From positions 6,758,001 to 6,822,000 of the forward strand of contig NC_092671.1 of NCBI RefSeq assembly GCF_964355755.1: DNA of 64,000 nt, read 5' to 3'. This document shows, piece by piece, positions 1 through 29,286 of the stretch (position 1 is the first letter of the stretch; the number at the start of each line of letters is the position of its first letter). The notes beneath the pieces are model-generated. The model was not told where the DNA came from. It ran no database searches and saw nothing but the letters and a program-made list of their open reading frames with translations. This DNA comes from Antedon mediterranea (lineage: Eukaryota > Animalia > Echinodermata). The position numbers and the translations under genes are program-made.

Positions 1-238
1 TAGTACTTATTGTCTAATTTCGGTATAAGAAAATCATATCACCAGTAAAAAACACTGAAAGATTGTGTTCATAAACATACTAAATTAAAGATGTATTGTC
101 CCTTTGACTAATTCCAAAATAATGTGGGTCATTTTGAAGTATCATAATAGTTATTAACTTTCACCAAAGGTTTTGTTTGTTTTTATTTTTGGGGAAAACT
201 AAACGATAAATTCAACAATGTTTTATTAGAAATGTCAC

Positions 239-3200
239 CTCTTTGCTCATAAAACACTGTGTAAACCAGATCAGGAATCCTTGCAGAGAGGTTGACAACA
301 CAAACAGGTACAGCAAAACACTGGAGTCATTAAAGAGAGTTAGAATACCGAATATCCACGTCAGTCCAACAGCAGGCGTCAGAAGAAGAATTCTATACAG
401 GAGGTTCCTAAACCAAAACGAAAAATTAATATTTATAAAGCTTGGTTCCCACTAGAACGTAACGCAAGGACGTAAACGCAACGCAAGCGTTTTAAAGCTT
501 GGTTCCCACTAGAAAGTAACGCAAGGACGTAAACGTAACGCAAGCGTTTTAACCAATGACAAGCGAAGTTATAGACAGTTAGCAATCACAAGCGAATAAG
601 TCATCGCTTGTGATTGGTCAATTCACTTGCGTTGCGTTACGTCCTTGTGTTGCGTCGCTAGTGGGAACCACGCTTTATTTGTTTAAAACGATAAATTGAT
701 AAATATGAATATCAACATATTTTGTTGAATTACCTAATAAATGCCCTATTACACTCATGGTTGTTGGATTATAGTTTATTACAATAAAACCATGGTTATT
801 ATTATAATTGACTATGATGAACTACTGAAGTAGATATAGATACCGAGAATCGACTTCCCACACAAGCATTAGGCTTAAGGCACACCTTACTGATTGTCGT
901 AATTGTAAATTTAACACGTGTTAATTTAAGTAAAACTTACCGGATCTGTCTAAGTTTACCTATTTCTTCTTCAGATTGGTGAGGCGTACGAGCTTTTTTG
1001 TATGCTACATATCCTATTTTGCTCAGTTGAAGTGAAACAATCTAATAAAAGACACATTCATTGAAGACCGTTAAAAGTTGTTGAAAAAATCTGAAATTAA
1101 CCAATCCACACTCATGGAAAAAATAACAAAAATAGATATTATTTCTTCCGTTTGAAATATCTTACGCTCAACTTTACGATACATACCGTTATTGATAGAA
1201 TAACAGGAACTACGAATGCCCACGTGACTCCATAATCAACATTTAACCAGCAACTAAAGCAATAACAACAAAAACACTTTATTAAGTTTTGTATTCAGTT
1301 ATCATTCGATGAATTATATGTTTCATTAGTTAGAAATGAAAGTAAAAAGCGGAGACAACATAAAATGTGACGTTAATAATGTTTACAATAAAGTATATTG
1401 CGCTCCTATATTTTATTTTATGTCTTTGGCAATGTGGCCAAGGATTACCAATAGTGAATTAATCACTGTCCTATCAGATAGGTGGTACTCCCCCTGATAC
1501 AGGGGCTATTTTGTGAACCAGTTCACCGGGGTACCCCCTACTCTTTTCGAATAATGAACTGGGTTCTTTAAAGTGCACACAGGTTATAACTGTGTACACT
1601 GGACCTACGGTTTATAGTCCTTATCCGAGAAGACTTGTTCCACCACCAGAACTTGGAGCGAGTCGGCCTCGAACCCTTGCCGATGTTGTTGGCTTTAGTA
1701 CGGTAAACGGCGCCCCTGCCTTAACCGCTCGGCCATTTGACTCTGTGCGAAAATGGACTATACCGAGTAAAAAGTAATAATGGAGTAAAAAAACAATAAT
1801 GAGGGGAACAGAATTGTCACCTCTTAGATGCATAGCTCTCCCTCATGATACCGACTGTAATAGCGACAATTAACAGAGGAAATATCCAACCAAATATTCG
1901 AAAAAATCTGAATCTTTTTTCAGCATCATGAAATACATATTGGATAGACATGTACATGTCGGTAGACAATGACGTCATCCAAGTAAAGGCCACGAGCAGA
2001 CAATAATGGAGACAAGATGCAACGATAGAACAGGCGATCTAAATAGAAAAGAGCGACAAAATAATATGTAAAAACAACGAATTATTAAAGAAAATATTCA
2101 ATAGGCCTACAAGCTAACTATTATTCGTCAAAATGACTGGTAGATATGGGAATTCGAGTAAAATTAGGCCTAATTCAGTCAATTCTGGTACAACAGCCAG
2201 AACCATCGCTACAATATCACATGGGAAGAATGGTTGCTGTTAGAAGACGTGATACTGTATCCTGTTTATTGTCACTAGACACGACACCTTTACCTTGTTT
2301 TCAATTCCAAAGACAATACAAGTGAACAAACAGTTTGCACAGAACAAGGATACAACCAGATTGCCTAACAAATGGTAACGCCGTGATCTTCGCAGGTCAC
2401 TATATATAAATAAAATAAAATGTCAATATTATGTATTAGGCCTAACTTAAATTCTTCCAAATAATGTTTAAATTTCTGCAACAATACCAGATACTCCACT
2501 TTCACGTGGAGATGAGCTCCACTGCTGAACATAATTTTAATTTTAACATGCACTATAGGCCTACAACAATCGTAAGAATAAACAGGATTCATCAAACCTT
2601 AAACATATAATGGTTCCAAATGTAAACAGTAGAAATATATTTGATGAGCACAACCCTATATAGGTAATCAGATGCAGACCAATTCCATCTGTCTTCTCTT
2701 CTTCTACCTAAAATATATCTCCACAGATTGTCAAATCTAGTTAGAACTATTTTGTCAGTTTACTCGTGGAAGCATCGCGACACTTTAATATTTCTGTTGT
2801 ACGCGGAATAGATGGTTATAGCCATTGTACTGTTTGTGTATTCTTTTTAGTCGCGTGGAAGCGACTCTATAGTTCACTATGTCGGTCGGTTGGTCGGTCG
2901 GTCTGTCTGTTGGTCTGTCGGTCTGTCTGTTGGTCTGGTATCACTATGCATTGTAGCACGCGACTTAATGGCTGTTGGCCTTGTTTTATAAGTGATTACC
3001 ACACATCAAAGTATTGCATGTGACATGTGAACTTCTTGTAAGAGTACTGTACATAACAAATAAATTAAACCTATGTATAGACCTACCTGCCTAGTTCTCA
3101 TTAAGATGGCAAATGTTGTAAGGTGTTTACATGAGCAGGTTATACCGTGTCTATGATTGTCGTTATTAATTATTGTATCACAACCCTTAGTTGACCATTC

Positions 3201-6200
3201 CCTGAAAAAATAGGATGTACGCAAAATATCAAAGATTAAAAAAAGAATACACATTTCCATTCACTTGTAGACATACAAGTGGTCAAGAGGTCATTGCGAT
3301 ATGCCTCGAATGTGTCCGTATTCTTCTTTACAATCCATCATGTTTATCAAGATTTCGGGTTCGAATCTCGTTTGGGGCAGCTTTTCTGATTCTCACGTAA
3401 TTATTTCCTTATCTTAATCGTTTAAAAAATTAATTCATGTTCAGTACAATATTATTGTAAAACTTCTAATGTATTAATACATTGTAATGCTCTTGGATTT
3501 AATACGTTTTGTCATTTTGCCGATACCTCCATATTCCATTTCATTTGTTCATTACAGTGTTATCTCAAAGATTTACATTAACCAATTTACTTACGAGGGA
3601 GTTACAACTTCGTTGATAAATGCGCAGACGGGTTCTAATAAGGTATTTGCTTCATATTTTATCTATAAAAAAAATTTAATTATTATTATATATATGTATC
3701 ATTCAGAGTCAAGCACCTGAAGATTGATTTCATACTCATGAAACAGCCTGTAGTGCAATAAAATGTTCAGTTGGTAATTTACTAGCGTCTTTCATTTATT
3801 TATATGTATATATATATGTATATATACTGTATTCGAGTATATTCGACACGCAACATTTCATTTTGTTGATAAAATACGTTTGATATTCCTACCTGTGTCG
3901 GTGGGTAAACAACCTTTGAGTTTACTTTTGAAATAACATTACCAACAGCATCGTAACAGACCAGAGATACCAAATCACTTGCAATAGAGACATAGCCGCC
4001 ATTGATCCTACAGAATATAATAATTTCCTAACATTTTACACTTGTCAATGAATAACAACGAATACATATATGGGTTATTACCGTAAAGTACTTTCAGAAA
4101 TAACCAATCACACAGTTTAAACATACTGTACACACCTCGATATTAGCGGCAAGACGGATTCCAATTCCAAAACAGACGTAATAATACTAATTGGTCCTAG
4201 AAAGGAGTAAATTGAATGTTAACATAGTTGACAGGCTGAGATTTAAGAAAAGAAGATCTTTTTCGTGTATAGGCCCAATGTGTCTGTATTTTGCACGTCT
4301 CGGAACTTTGAAGCCATACAAACCTTTCTGTTGTGTTTTAAATAAATATAAGCAGTAAAACTATAGACAAACCCATACCATTAGTACCACTGTCCATCTG
4401 CAAAGAAAACGCAATGCTGTCTGGATCTGTTGTAATAGATGTCAGATTAACTGAAGAGTCTGCCGTTTTGAAAAGCAATACCTCTGAAAAAAATTATTAT
4501 ATTTTGAGAGTTTCAGCAAAACACTCTGTTCCTCTTTAAAGGTTTCAAAAGGCTAAAGTCATATTCATCTATTCAGAGTTCATGATCTCTAATAAAAAGT
4601 GTTTACCTCCTTGGTCAGTTGTAATATATTTGAATTCATCTTCATTGAGTTCATCAACCTGTTCCAGATATTGATCATTGAAATCGTTCACAAATTGCAG
4701 TATGCCTACATCTAAGAAAATTATTGATCAATCAATATAAGGTCATACTATTAAAACGATTCACCAAAAAACTATTTAAAAAATCCTGTAAAAGGTACAA
4801 AATAACAAGTGTTAAGTCACAATCTCCGATGTTAAACACATCATAGTTCATGTGCAAATGAGTTGAATGTTGAAAAACGTTTTGAAAAGCAATACCTCTG
4901 AAAAAAATTATTATATTTTAAGAGTTTCAGCAAAACACTCTGTTCCTCTTTAAATGTTTCAAAAGGCTAAAGTTATATTCATCTATTCAGAGTTCATGAT
5001 CTCTAATAAAAAGGGTTTACCTCCTTGGTCAGTTGTAGTATATTTGAATTCATCTTCATTGAGTTCATCAACCTGTTCCAGATATTGATCATTGAAATCG
5101 TTCACAAATTGCAGTATGCCTACATCAAAGTAAAGAAAGTAGATTCGTTAATCACGCTGGTCTAATTATTGATCAATCAATATAAGGTCATACTATTAAA
5201 ACGATTTACCAAAAAAGTATTTAAAAAATCCTGCAAAAGGGGAAAAATAACAAGTGATACTGTAGTCACAATCTCCGATGTTACATACATGGCGATTCTC
5301 TTTCAAATGTCTGCAAATGAGTAGAATGTTGAAGTAAATCACACTTCGACAAATATTCTCCTTTTCGGGAAAACAGAACGTGGAAGTCGATATAGCTTCT
5401 GTATATAATTGGAGGCATATTTGTCCTATCGCATTTATAAAAGTATAGGCCTAACGAGAATGCTATAGTAAGTGTTGTAGAACAAAATGAGTAGTATATA
5501 AAAAGAAGGAAAAGTAAAAATTTCAATGTAGAAGACTTGTTGAATATTCTGGTCTAAAACAATCATAGCCAATCATAATATAAAAATAAGTAAATACAAT
5601 TACCAATTTCCTCAGGTGGTGTCGGGCTCGTTGGTTCGTTGGTTGAAAATTCTGTGACGTAATTATGTATATACATTTTTTTAACCGGTTTGTTTATTCA
5701 CAAAATAAAAAAAAAGAATAAGTTGTAAATTCGTATAGGATATACTTAATTTTTCAGGAATTGAGTTATTTGTATTATATTATTATTATTATTATTATTA
5801 TTGTTATTATTATTAGTGTTATTATTATTATTATTATTATTACTCATGGTTATAGACTAACGGGCAAACCATACACGATACCAGAAAGGTATAGGCCTAT
5901 TAGGACTTTTCTCTTAACCTCGCTTGTGTTGTATAGGTACATTAATTTATTGATAAAGATTTTAGAATAGTGTGATATTTGTAGCCTTTTATAGGGTTTC
6001 GGGTGCAACCGACATCGTCCCACCCGTAACTAGGCCTAAAAGATCATTATTTTTTGCATCCCTCAACCAAAAACACTTTGGTAAGCATGTAAAAACACTA
6101 AGTAAGGTTTCCTTATATTTCTCAAAAGTCATAGACTTAGCAATTTTGTTTGAAGGCCTAACAATATTACATTTTTGCACTGGTTTTTATGTTAGAATTA

Positions 6201-7707
6201 GGCCTAATAATATTCCTCTAAAGTGGTACATTATTTAATCTCATTGACACAAAATAGGCCTACCCCAAGTGTTATTATTTTCACACACAACACCGGCTAT
6301 TCCGTCATCAGTCCCACAATCGGACGACTCTTTGTTGAATCCACTATGACAACACTCGCTCAGTGTTGGTTCTCCTCCTCGGCATGACATGAATTTAACC
6401 AAACGATAATGTTTATTCTCCGGTAGGAACTTCGTGGCATTTGTAATTACTTCTTTTGCAACACTGAATCCTGCTTGGTAGCAAGCTACGTTGGCATCAC
6501 CTTTATCCCATCGAAAGCCGCATATATATCTCCACTTTCCATCATACAATAATTCTACTCGTCCTTCAGATGGTACTTGCCCATTTATCAACCTAATATC
6601 TGAATAAAAAATATCCATTATACGTTATCCCCGTCGATTACAAAACAAAAATAAATACATATAATAATAATATTCATTTTTTATAAAGTGCTTATTGCAC
6701 AATGCTTCACATTATTACCCCAGTCATTTTTTTAGACCAAACACGACCATAATGCAGCTAGTAATCAGCGCAAAGTAACTTTTTAAATCATCAAACATTT
6801 AGAAATATATTGCCTTGAATTTGGAAATGATCTATCGATAGAACAAAATAAAATAGCTTACTATGATAACTTTTTGTATTTGGCTTATGTTAAATTACTA
6901 CTGCAGGACAAAAGAAAAACCATCCACTCCCCCTTTCATCTGGTCACAGATTATTTTAATTAGAAACCTTCCGGATACGTAGGGTTTCACGGGGAGAGTA
7001 ACTAGTAGCCCACCATTAAGTTGTCTCAAGAGGTGTTCTATCTTGTTAGGCCTTACCTAAGGTATTGTTACTGCAGTTTACACCATCCACTTTTCCATCT
7101 AAGATGCATGGTGATGTTACAGATACATTTCCAAGGCCGTCGTGTTGACAATCCATTAGATTATTTTCAGACCCCGTACTACATTTTACACTATCTAAAG
7201 CAATAACGTTGTTGGTGATATACTCTGTCTCGTACATTTCGTACCTGAAGCAGTTGTTGTAACCCAGCGAGCGACAAACGACTGAACACATTCTGGCGCG
7301 GAATCTCGTTCCTTCCTTTGAACAGACAAGACCGAAGTTCCCGTTATAATATATCCTTATATAACCTTCATTCGGGGTGAAGCCACCTTCAATTATTACA
7401 TCTGAAAAAAAGAAATAATAGAATAGAAATGCAAAGGCAAGAAAAAAAAAGGTGCATTTTAAAATCATGTTATTTGCTAAAAACAAAACGTTTTGATTAT
7501 TTGAAAACGAAAGCGTTCATGAAAAAGTAAAATTGACACGGTGTGGTAAGCTTAAGTTCTGATTATAATGGTGGTATTACATTTTGTAAAAACAGTATCT
7601 CAAACATACCTCCGTCTTTAGGGCTAAGGTGGTCTCCGACATGAATGCAAGCTATCAATAAAAGCAATATTGATAATGAAAACAACGTGCATGAATAAAA
7701 GATTGGG
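239..7707 (-). CDS. Adhesion GPCR with two N-terminal SRCR domains, GAIN/GPS and secretin-like 7TM (last exon beyond the left window edge; start exon not located)
   Basis: Phase-consistent GT-AG exons: 7707-7610 (hydrophobic signal-like LFSLSILLLIACIH), 7401-7057 (SRCR1), 6599-6264 (SRCR2, DIRLINGQVPSEGRVELLYDGKWRYICG), 5651-5604 (P/T linker), 5119-5021 and/or its duplicate 4705-4607, 4483-4379, 4196-4136, 4007-3893, 3662-3595, 3201-3087 (GPS: WSTKGC...CSCKHL/TTFAILM), 2707-2598 (TM1), 2399-2294 (TM2), 2038-1821 (TM3-4, CLHYCLLVAFTWM...GWIFPLLIV), 1253-1187 (CWLN, TM5), 1041-941, 407-239 (TM6-7, GLTWIFG...SLQGFLI). Confidence 0.92.
438..675. mobile_element. Palindromic TA-flanked MITE (family A) with a tandem duplication of its left end
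   Basis: TIRs AAGCTTGGTTCCCACTAG...CTAGTGGGAACCACGCTT flanked by TA. The left ~57 bp occurs twice (438 and 495). Near-identical copy at 48352-48533. Confidence 0.85.
1461..1743 (-). mobile_element. tRNA-derived SINE with Nin/Deu-type central domain
   Basis: The minus strand begins GAGTCAAATGGCCGAGCGGTTAAGGC (A box) with GGTTCGAGGCC (B box). It continues GTCTTCTCGGATAAGGACTATAAACCGTAGGTCC and GTGCACTTTAAAGAACCCAGT, motifs typical of Nin-domain SINEs. Second copy at 29060-29286. Confidence 0.8.
2845..2985 (+). mobile_element. Short Helentron-associated (HINE/DINE-1-like) element with internal (GTCG/GTCT)n microsatellite
   Basis: 5' hairpin AGTCGCG-TGGAAG-CGACT, subterminal inverted repeat AGTCGCGTG/CACGCGACT, tetranucleotide array, 3' GGCTGTTGGCCTTGTTT, T-rich insertion site. 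Truncated inverted copy at 13248-13329. Confidence 0.75.
4466..5333. repeat. ~414-bp tandem duplication containing a 99-nt aGPCR exon
   Basis: 4466-~4875 and 4880-~5333 are near-identical. Each copy carries a 99-nt phase 1-1 exon (4705-4607 and 5119-5021). Confidence 0.9.
5777..5842. repeat. (ATT)n microsatellite
   Basis: Imperfect ATT array seen directly. Confidence 0.9.
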
Positions 7708-10206
7708 CTGAACAAAATATTCCTTTTATGTTTTCTAAATTGCTTGCATTAGGGACTGAGTTTTGTTTAATTTAAAAAGTAATTATTTTTTATTTCTTAG
7801 AAAAGTTAATTATTTTATTTTGCTTTTCCTTCCAATATGATATGACATACATTATCAACAAATTATCTACCTGTAAACTTTAACAATTATCGAATAATAA
7901 TATACTTACACAAAATACCCAATAGAACAAAATAACTTTCCATTTTAACAGGCCTATAGAGTGATCTGCAATAATAATATATTAATAAAAATAATGGGAT
8001 TGATACGTAAGGGCACATTTCCGTAAATTTGTGCGCTAGAATTTTAACACCGTACAGAAAGTTGGTTCATAATTATATACTATTTCGGTACTGATTGTAT
8101 CACCTAACTAAAAACCAGTACTCTAATCTGGAGATGTTGGTGATTTTTTGCGGTTACAGATGCATTTAAGAAAATTTTAAAGAACAACATCTTACCCAAA
8201 TGAATGCAAATATTAATTTACCACCAATAATTTTAACGTTTCTTAGTCTTCTTTTGGCAAGCCGTTGCAACCACAATGAATGGAGGTGAAGCAATGTTAA
8301 ATTCACTCTGAAATATAGTCTTTTATCTCAGAAGAATTGGAGGAGTAATGCATCTCTGTTTAATTATAGCGTAAGTCAAAACACCAAATCAATAACTCAC
8401 ACAATGGCTATTTTGTGATTAAATTTTTTTCAAAGTTAATCTTATTTATACACGCCTTTTTCGAAATGAACTGCATATAATGTTGAACAAACTAGTTCTT
8501 TCATTATAAGTATCAAATTATTCTAATGAACAAATTTCATAAATTTGTTGATCAATTTAATTTCATAATATAACCTAAGGCGTCTAAATAATTTAGAAAT
8601 GACAGAGCCTCAAAACAATTCAGTAGACTAGTGTCATCAGCTAAATTACAAAAAAAAAAAAAAGAATAACCCCTTCTTACTGTAATTTAGAAAGTTTGAT
8701 ATCTTTGATTAAAGGTCAATTTCAATTTGCAATCGATCGATATTAAAACGACACCAAAAACTTATAATTAAAAAATAGAGCTTCCTCAAGACTTGAGCTA
8801 CGAATACTAATGTGTGAAGGTGTGGGCCTTGCTGTCCGAATCCGGTATTCGAAATGCATCATTAATTTATGCGAAAAGGCAGTAAACGGTAGGTATAGGC
8901 CCTCTGTGCATTCATTAATACGGTACATCAACTATGGATTACAATTAACGCCCTCATGAATGTTCCTATAGCTGCGGACCTGTGGAGAAATGAATTATAC
9001 ACAAAATAAATCGTATTACACTCTGTATTATACTTATTTTCTTAGATGTTTAGCAATCAAATTACGTTTGTTGTAATTGTTAACGACTGATTCGATTATT
9101 TTTACTCAATTTACCCTTTTCATTCATTTTTATTCGCTAGCAATTCTTTTACAACGGTTTCTTTGTTTAATTACGGCGGAATTAGTTTTAACAAGGCAAG
9201 TAACAGTATGCTGAGCTTCGAAAATCAAAGGGTTTATCTGTGGCTGCGACAAGATCAGTTCCATGCCCCGTAACAGACACCCTCGCGGAGAATTATCTAT
9301 CTATGACAAATTGTGACGTCTTTCTATTGAACATGAAAATCCGGCTGATATAAATTGTTGTTTGTAACTTTTGGTAGTTTACTTAGTAAATATCACATTT
9401 TCATCCCTTAATCCAACTCACCATAATTTAGATGACTTAAAAATAAAATGAAATGCAACTCATCACAATGATTAAGCCCACTGACTGTTCTAGTTTTTCT
9501 AGATTGACCCTGCTTAAACGGAAAAATACAAATCATGATCAGTAGAAGCGTGATAGTCAGTCATGCTCTCTGAATCGCATTCTAAATGCCTATTGGTTGA
9601 ATGAGTGAAACTGTCATCATAGGAACGTTCCATTTTCGGGATTAAGTAGCAGAAACAATTATGTAAAGATTACTTAGCCTATAGTGAATATATTCAATCA
9701 AATTTGGAACGTTATTGCAGACTATAGTAACTGCAAAACTAAACTTTACATTGAAAATTACCATAATGGTTTCCAGTCATATGTGCATGATACAGACATT
9801 TTGTTGCATATTTTCATTTATTTTCATATTGAAAACAATTTTTTTTTTTTTTATAATCTTAATAATGATTTGGCTAGTTTCTCGTTTTCTTCTGATGTCG
9901 TATTGACAATTAATTAGATCAAATAAATAACGAAATAAAATTATTGGTAATGCAATGTATAACTAGGCTACATACTAAATCTAAGGTTTTCTTGCTAGCA
10001 TGTAGCATATTGTATCAGGGAAGAGTAAAATTTAAAATTTTTGTACGATCACTATCTGTGAAACAACGATTGGATCTCAATATTTTATTTTAAAACAATG
10101 TTCTCATCTTTCTAAAGATGAATAATGCCTCAGTCAGTCAGTTAATAAATATAAATAAAAAATAAAAAAATAAAATAAAAATAAAATAAATAAATAAATA
10201 AATAAT

Positions 10207-10304
10207 TAAGCCCTGATAACTTTATGTGATGTGCCCATAATGGACATGATGATGTCATATCACTACCATATTTGGGAACATCACATGTAGAAGACAGAGC
10301 TTAA
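10207..10304. mobile_element. Degenerate ~100-bp palindromic MITE
   Basis: Ends TAAGCCCTG...CAGAGCTTA, with inner inverted arms ATGTGATGTGCCCA/TGGGAACATCACAT. Confidence 0.55.
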
Positions 10305-10579
10305 CACCCTTGTTGATAAGGCCTTGGAGTATGAGTTGCAATAAACAATAACAACAGTTTGTTTACGTTTTGTTGTTACTACTACGTTTTTTTTATGAAT
10401 GAAATGCTTATTGTGTAAGCTCCGCCCACAAAACAAATGGGGATACGCTTGAATAAATCATAGATTTCATTCATTCAAGAAAAAAACCTTCACGACAGAG
10501 TAGAGTGCGAGTGTAAAGCGTGTTATCGAAGACAGTCTTTATAGTACTAAAATTATCCTTTGTTGGAACCACTAAAAAT

Positions 10580-27391
<16,812 letters not shown>

Positions 27392-29059
27392 TGCGTCAAC
27401 TGTCTTTGAAACGCGTTTTATAAAACGTAATCTTTTTCTAAACAAATCTTTTTATTTTAATTATATGAAATATTAATTTTGATTCTTTGAAACTGTACCA
27501 ACATTATGGTGTTAATGTTAAAATATGTGCCTAATTTACTTGCCAATTCATTGTATATTTGTATATATTTATTAAAAATGATGTTTTGTAACTATGAAAA
27601 CTTATATAATAAGAAATGTAAATCTTATGTTGTATTATATAAATGTTTGTTGTATTATATAAAGATCTTATTAATTATAATAATTAATATATTGCTAATA
27701 TTTATAATTAGTTTGGTGTGCTTTAGTTAAACTCTTAATATTGATTGAAAGTTTTCATATTGAAAATGAAGAAATGCCCATCTGACTGCCGCCTGATCAA
27801 CTGTTTATCTGGAGACGCCCCACGAAATGTTTGTGTTTTTTTGGTAATAGGAATCCCAGACCATGAAATGTGTATTCTGTATATGTATTTTTTTCGTTTG
27901 AAATGTAAATATGTTGATCTTGTAAATATTAATAAGTTATTTAATATAAATCAGTGAGTTAAAAACAAAAGAAAGGTGCAAAATACATTATTTAACTAAC
28001 ATAATTGGAGTGACAAAAGTATGTTGTCAGGGAGGGTGGATGTTGGGTGGAGACTGAATTTTGTAGTATTTTATTATAGAGAAACAACGTTTTACACATG
28101 TGGTAAATGACAGTACGGCATTGATGATACACATGTATTTATGCAAATTAGATTTATTTGTGAGATATTTTGTCTCTAGATCTGAATATTACGGTACAAT
28201 ACTAAATATTATCATTTTACGAAAATGATGTACTATCGGATAATCGATAATAATAAACTGCCATAGACACTCTCCATAACGATATAATGATTTTATAAAA
28301 CACTTACTTTCATGAGGTATAATAATGTTAAACATTCGAGGCGGGAAAATAAATAATTATAGTAGATTTGACCAATGACGTTGGGTGCGAGTATCCCATG
28401 TCTATAAATACTTTACTGTAAAGGCACACGCATAACAGGGTATTGGCTCTTAGAAGCTGATCAAGCACCCGTTAGACGACTGGAATTTCACTTCTTACAA
28501 TTATTATCTGAATCAGTACTGATATGGTATTTTGATAGACTTTAGCCTACTTTTGTTTGATTGCATATGAAGCAAAATTTATAAATGAAGTGATTTCACA
28601 TGTGGTGGTGCAAGGTAATATACAATGGGAAGAAGGATGTGTAACTTAACTACATTCCGCTAAAACTTGATTTATTGTTTGTTGAAAGCAATACTAATTT
28701 TATACTTACATTTACTAAAATTTGTGTTGTCGATGTTTTGACACTTAAAAGTGTGTGTTCATCGTAAATGTTTTACTAATGATAGAGCTACGTAAACTTG
28801 TTTGTATTGAATCAACAAAAGCTGGGACTAGCTATGCCTACTTGTTTAACTGCATATCATGACTTGTATTTATATTATGTGGAGGGTTATTTCTGAGCAG
28901 CCCGCCACATAGTAATTTGCTGTCTGTGTTTTATGTTTAATTTAAGTTAATAATTAAAATTTATTTCAGTATATTGAAGAATAAATATTTCAATGAATGA
29001 AAAGTAATTGTCATATATATTTTATGTTATGTTATTTAAAGGATTATCAATCGTAAATT

Positions 29060-29286
29060 AATCACTATCCTATTAGATAAAGGTCGTAATCACCCTGATA
29101 CAGGGGCTTTTTTGTGAACCAGTTCACCAGAGTAACCCTCTACTCGTCTCGAATGATCAACTGGGTTCTTTGAAGTGCACACGGGTTATAACTGTGTACA
29201 CTACTAGACCTACGGGTTATAGTCCTAGAAGACTTATTCCACCACCAGAACTAGGAGCGAGTTGGCCTCGAACAACCCTTGCCGAT
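29060..29286 (-). mobile_element. 5'-truncated copy of the Nin/Deu-type SINE
   Basis: Aligns by eye to 1461-1685 (CCCTGATACAGGGGC...GTGAACCAGTTCACC...GTGCACAC...CCACCACCAGAAC). A more degraded copy lies near 62244-62348. Confidence 0.8.

Noticed and set aside
660-667. GTGGGAA in the MITE TIRs as Su(H) sites
   Set aside because: Preceded by A rather than a pyrimidine, and simply part of the TIR.
1660-1743. tRNA-like A and B boxes (also 40440-40516)
   Set aside because: These are SINE heads with repeated bodies elsewhere in the window, not intact cloverleaf tRNA genes.
5761-5970. Poly-Ile hydrophobic ORF and similar short intronic ORFs
   Set aside because: Translation of an (ATT)n microsatellite or of AT-rich non-coding DNA.
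8196-8307. Possible upstream aGPCR exon
   Set aside because: Its open frame ends in phase 0, but the 7707 exon needs phase 2. It could be UTR; not assigned.
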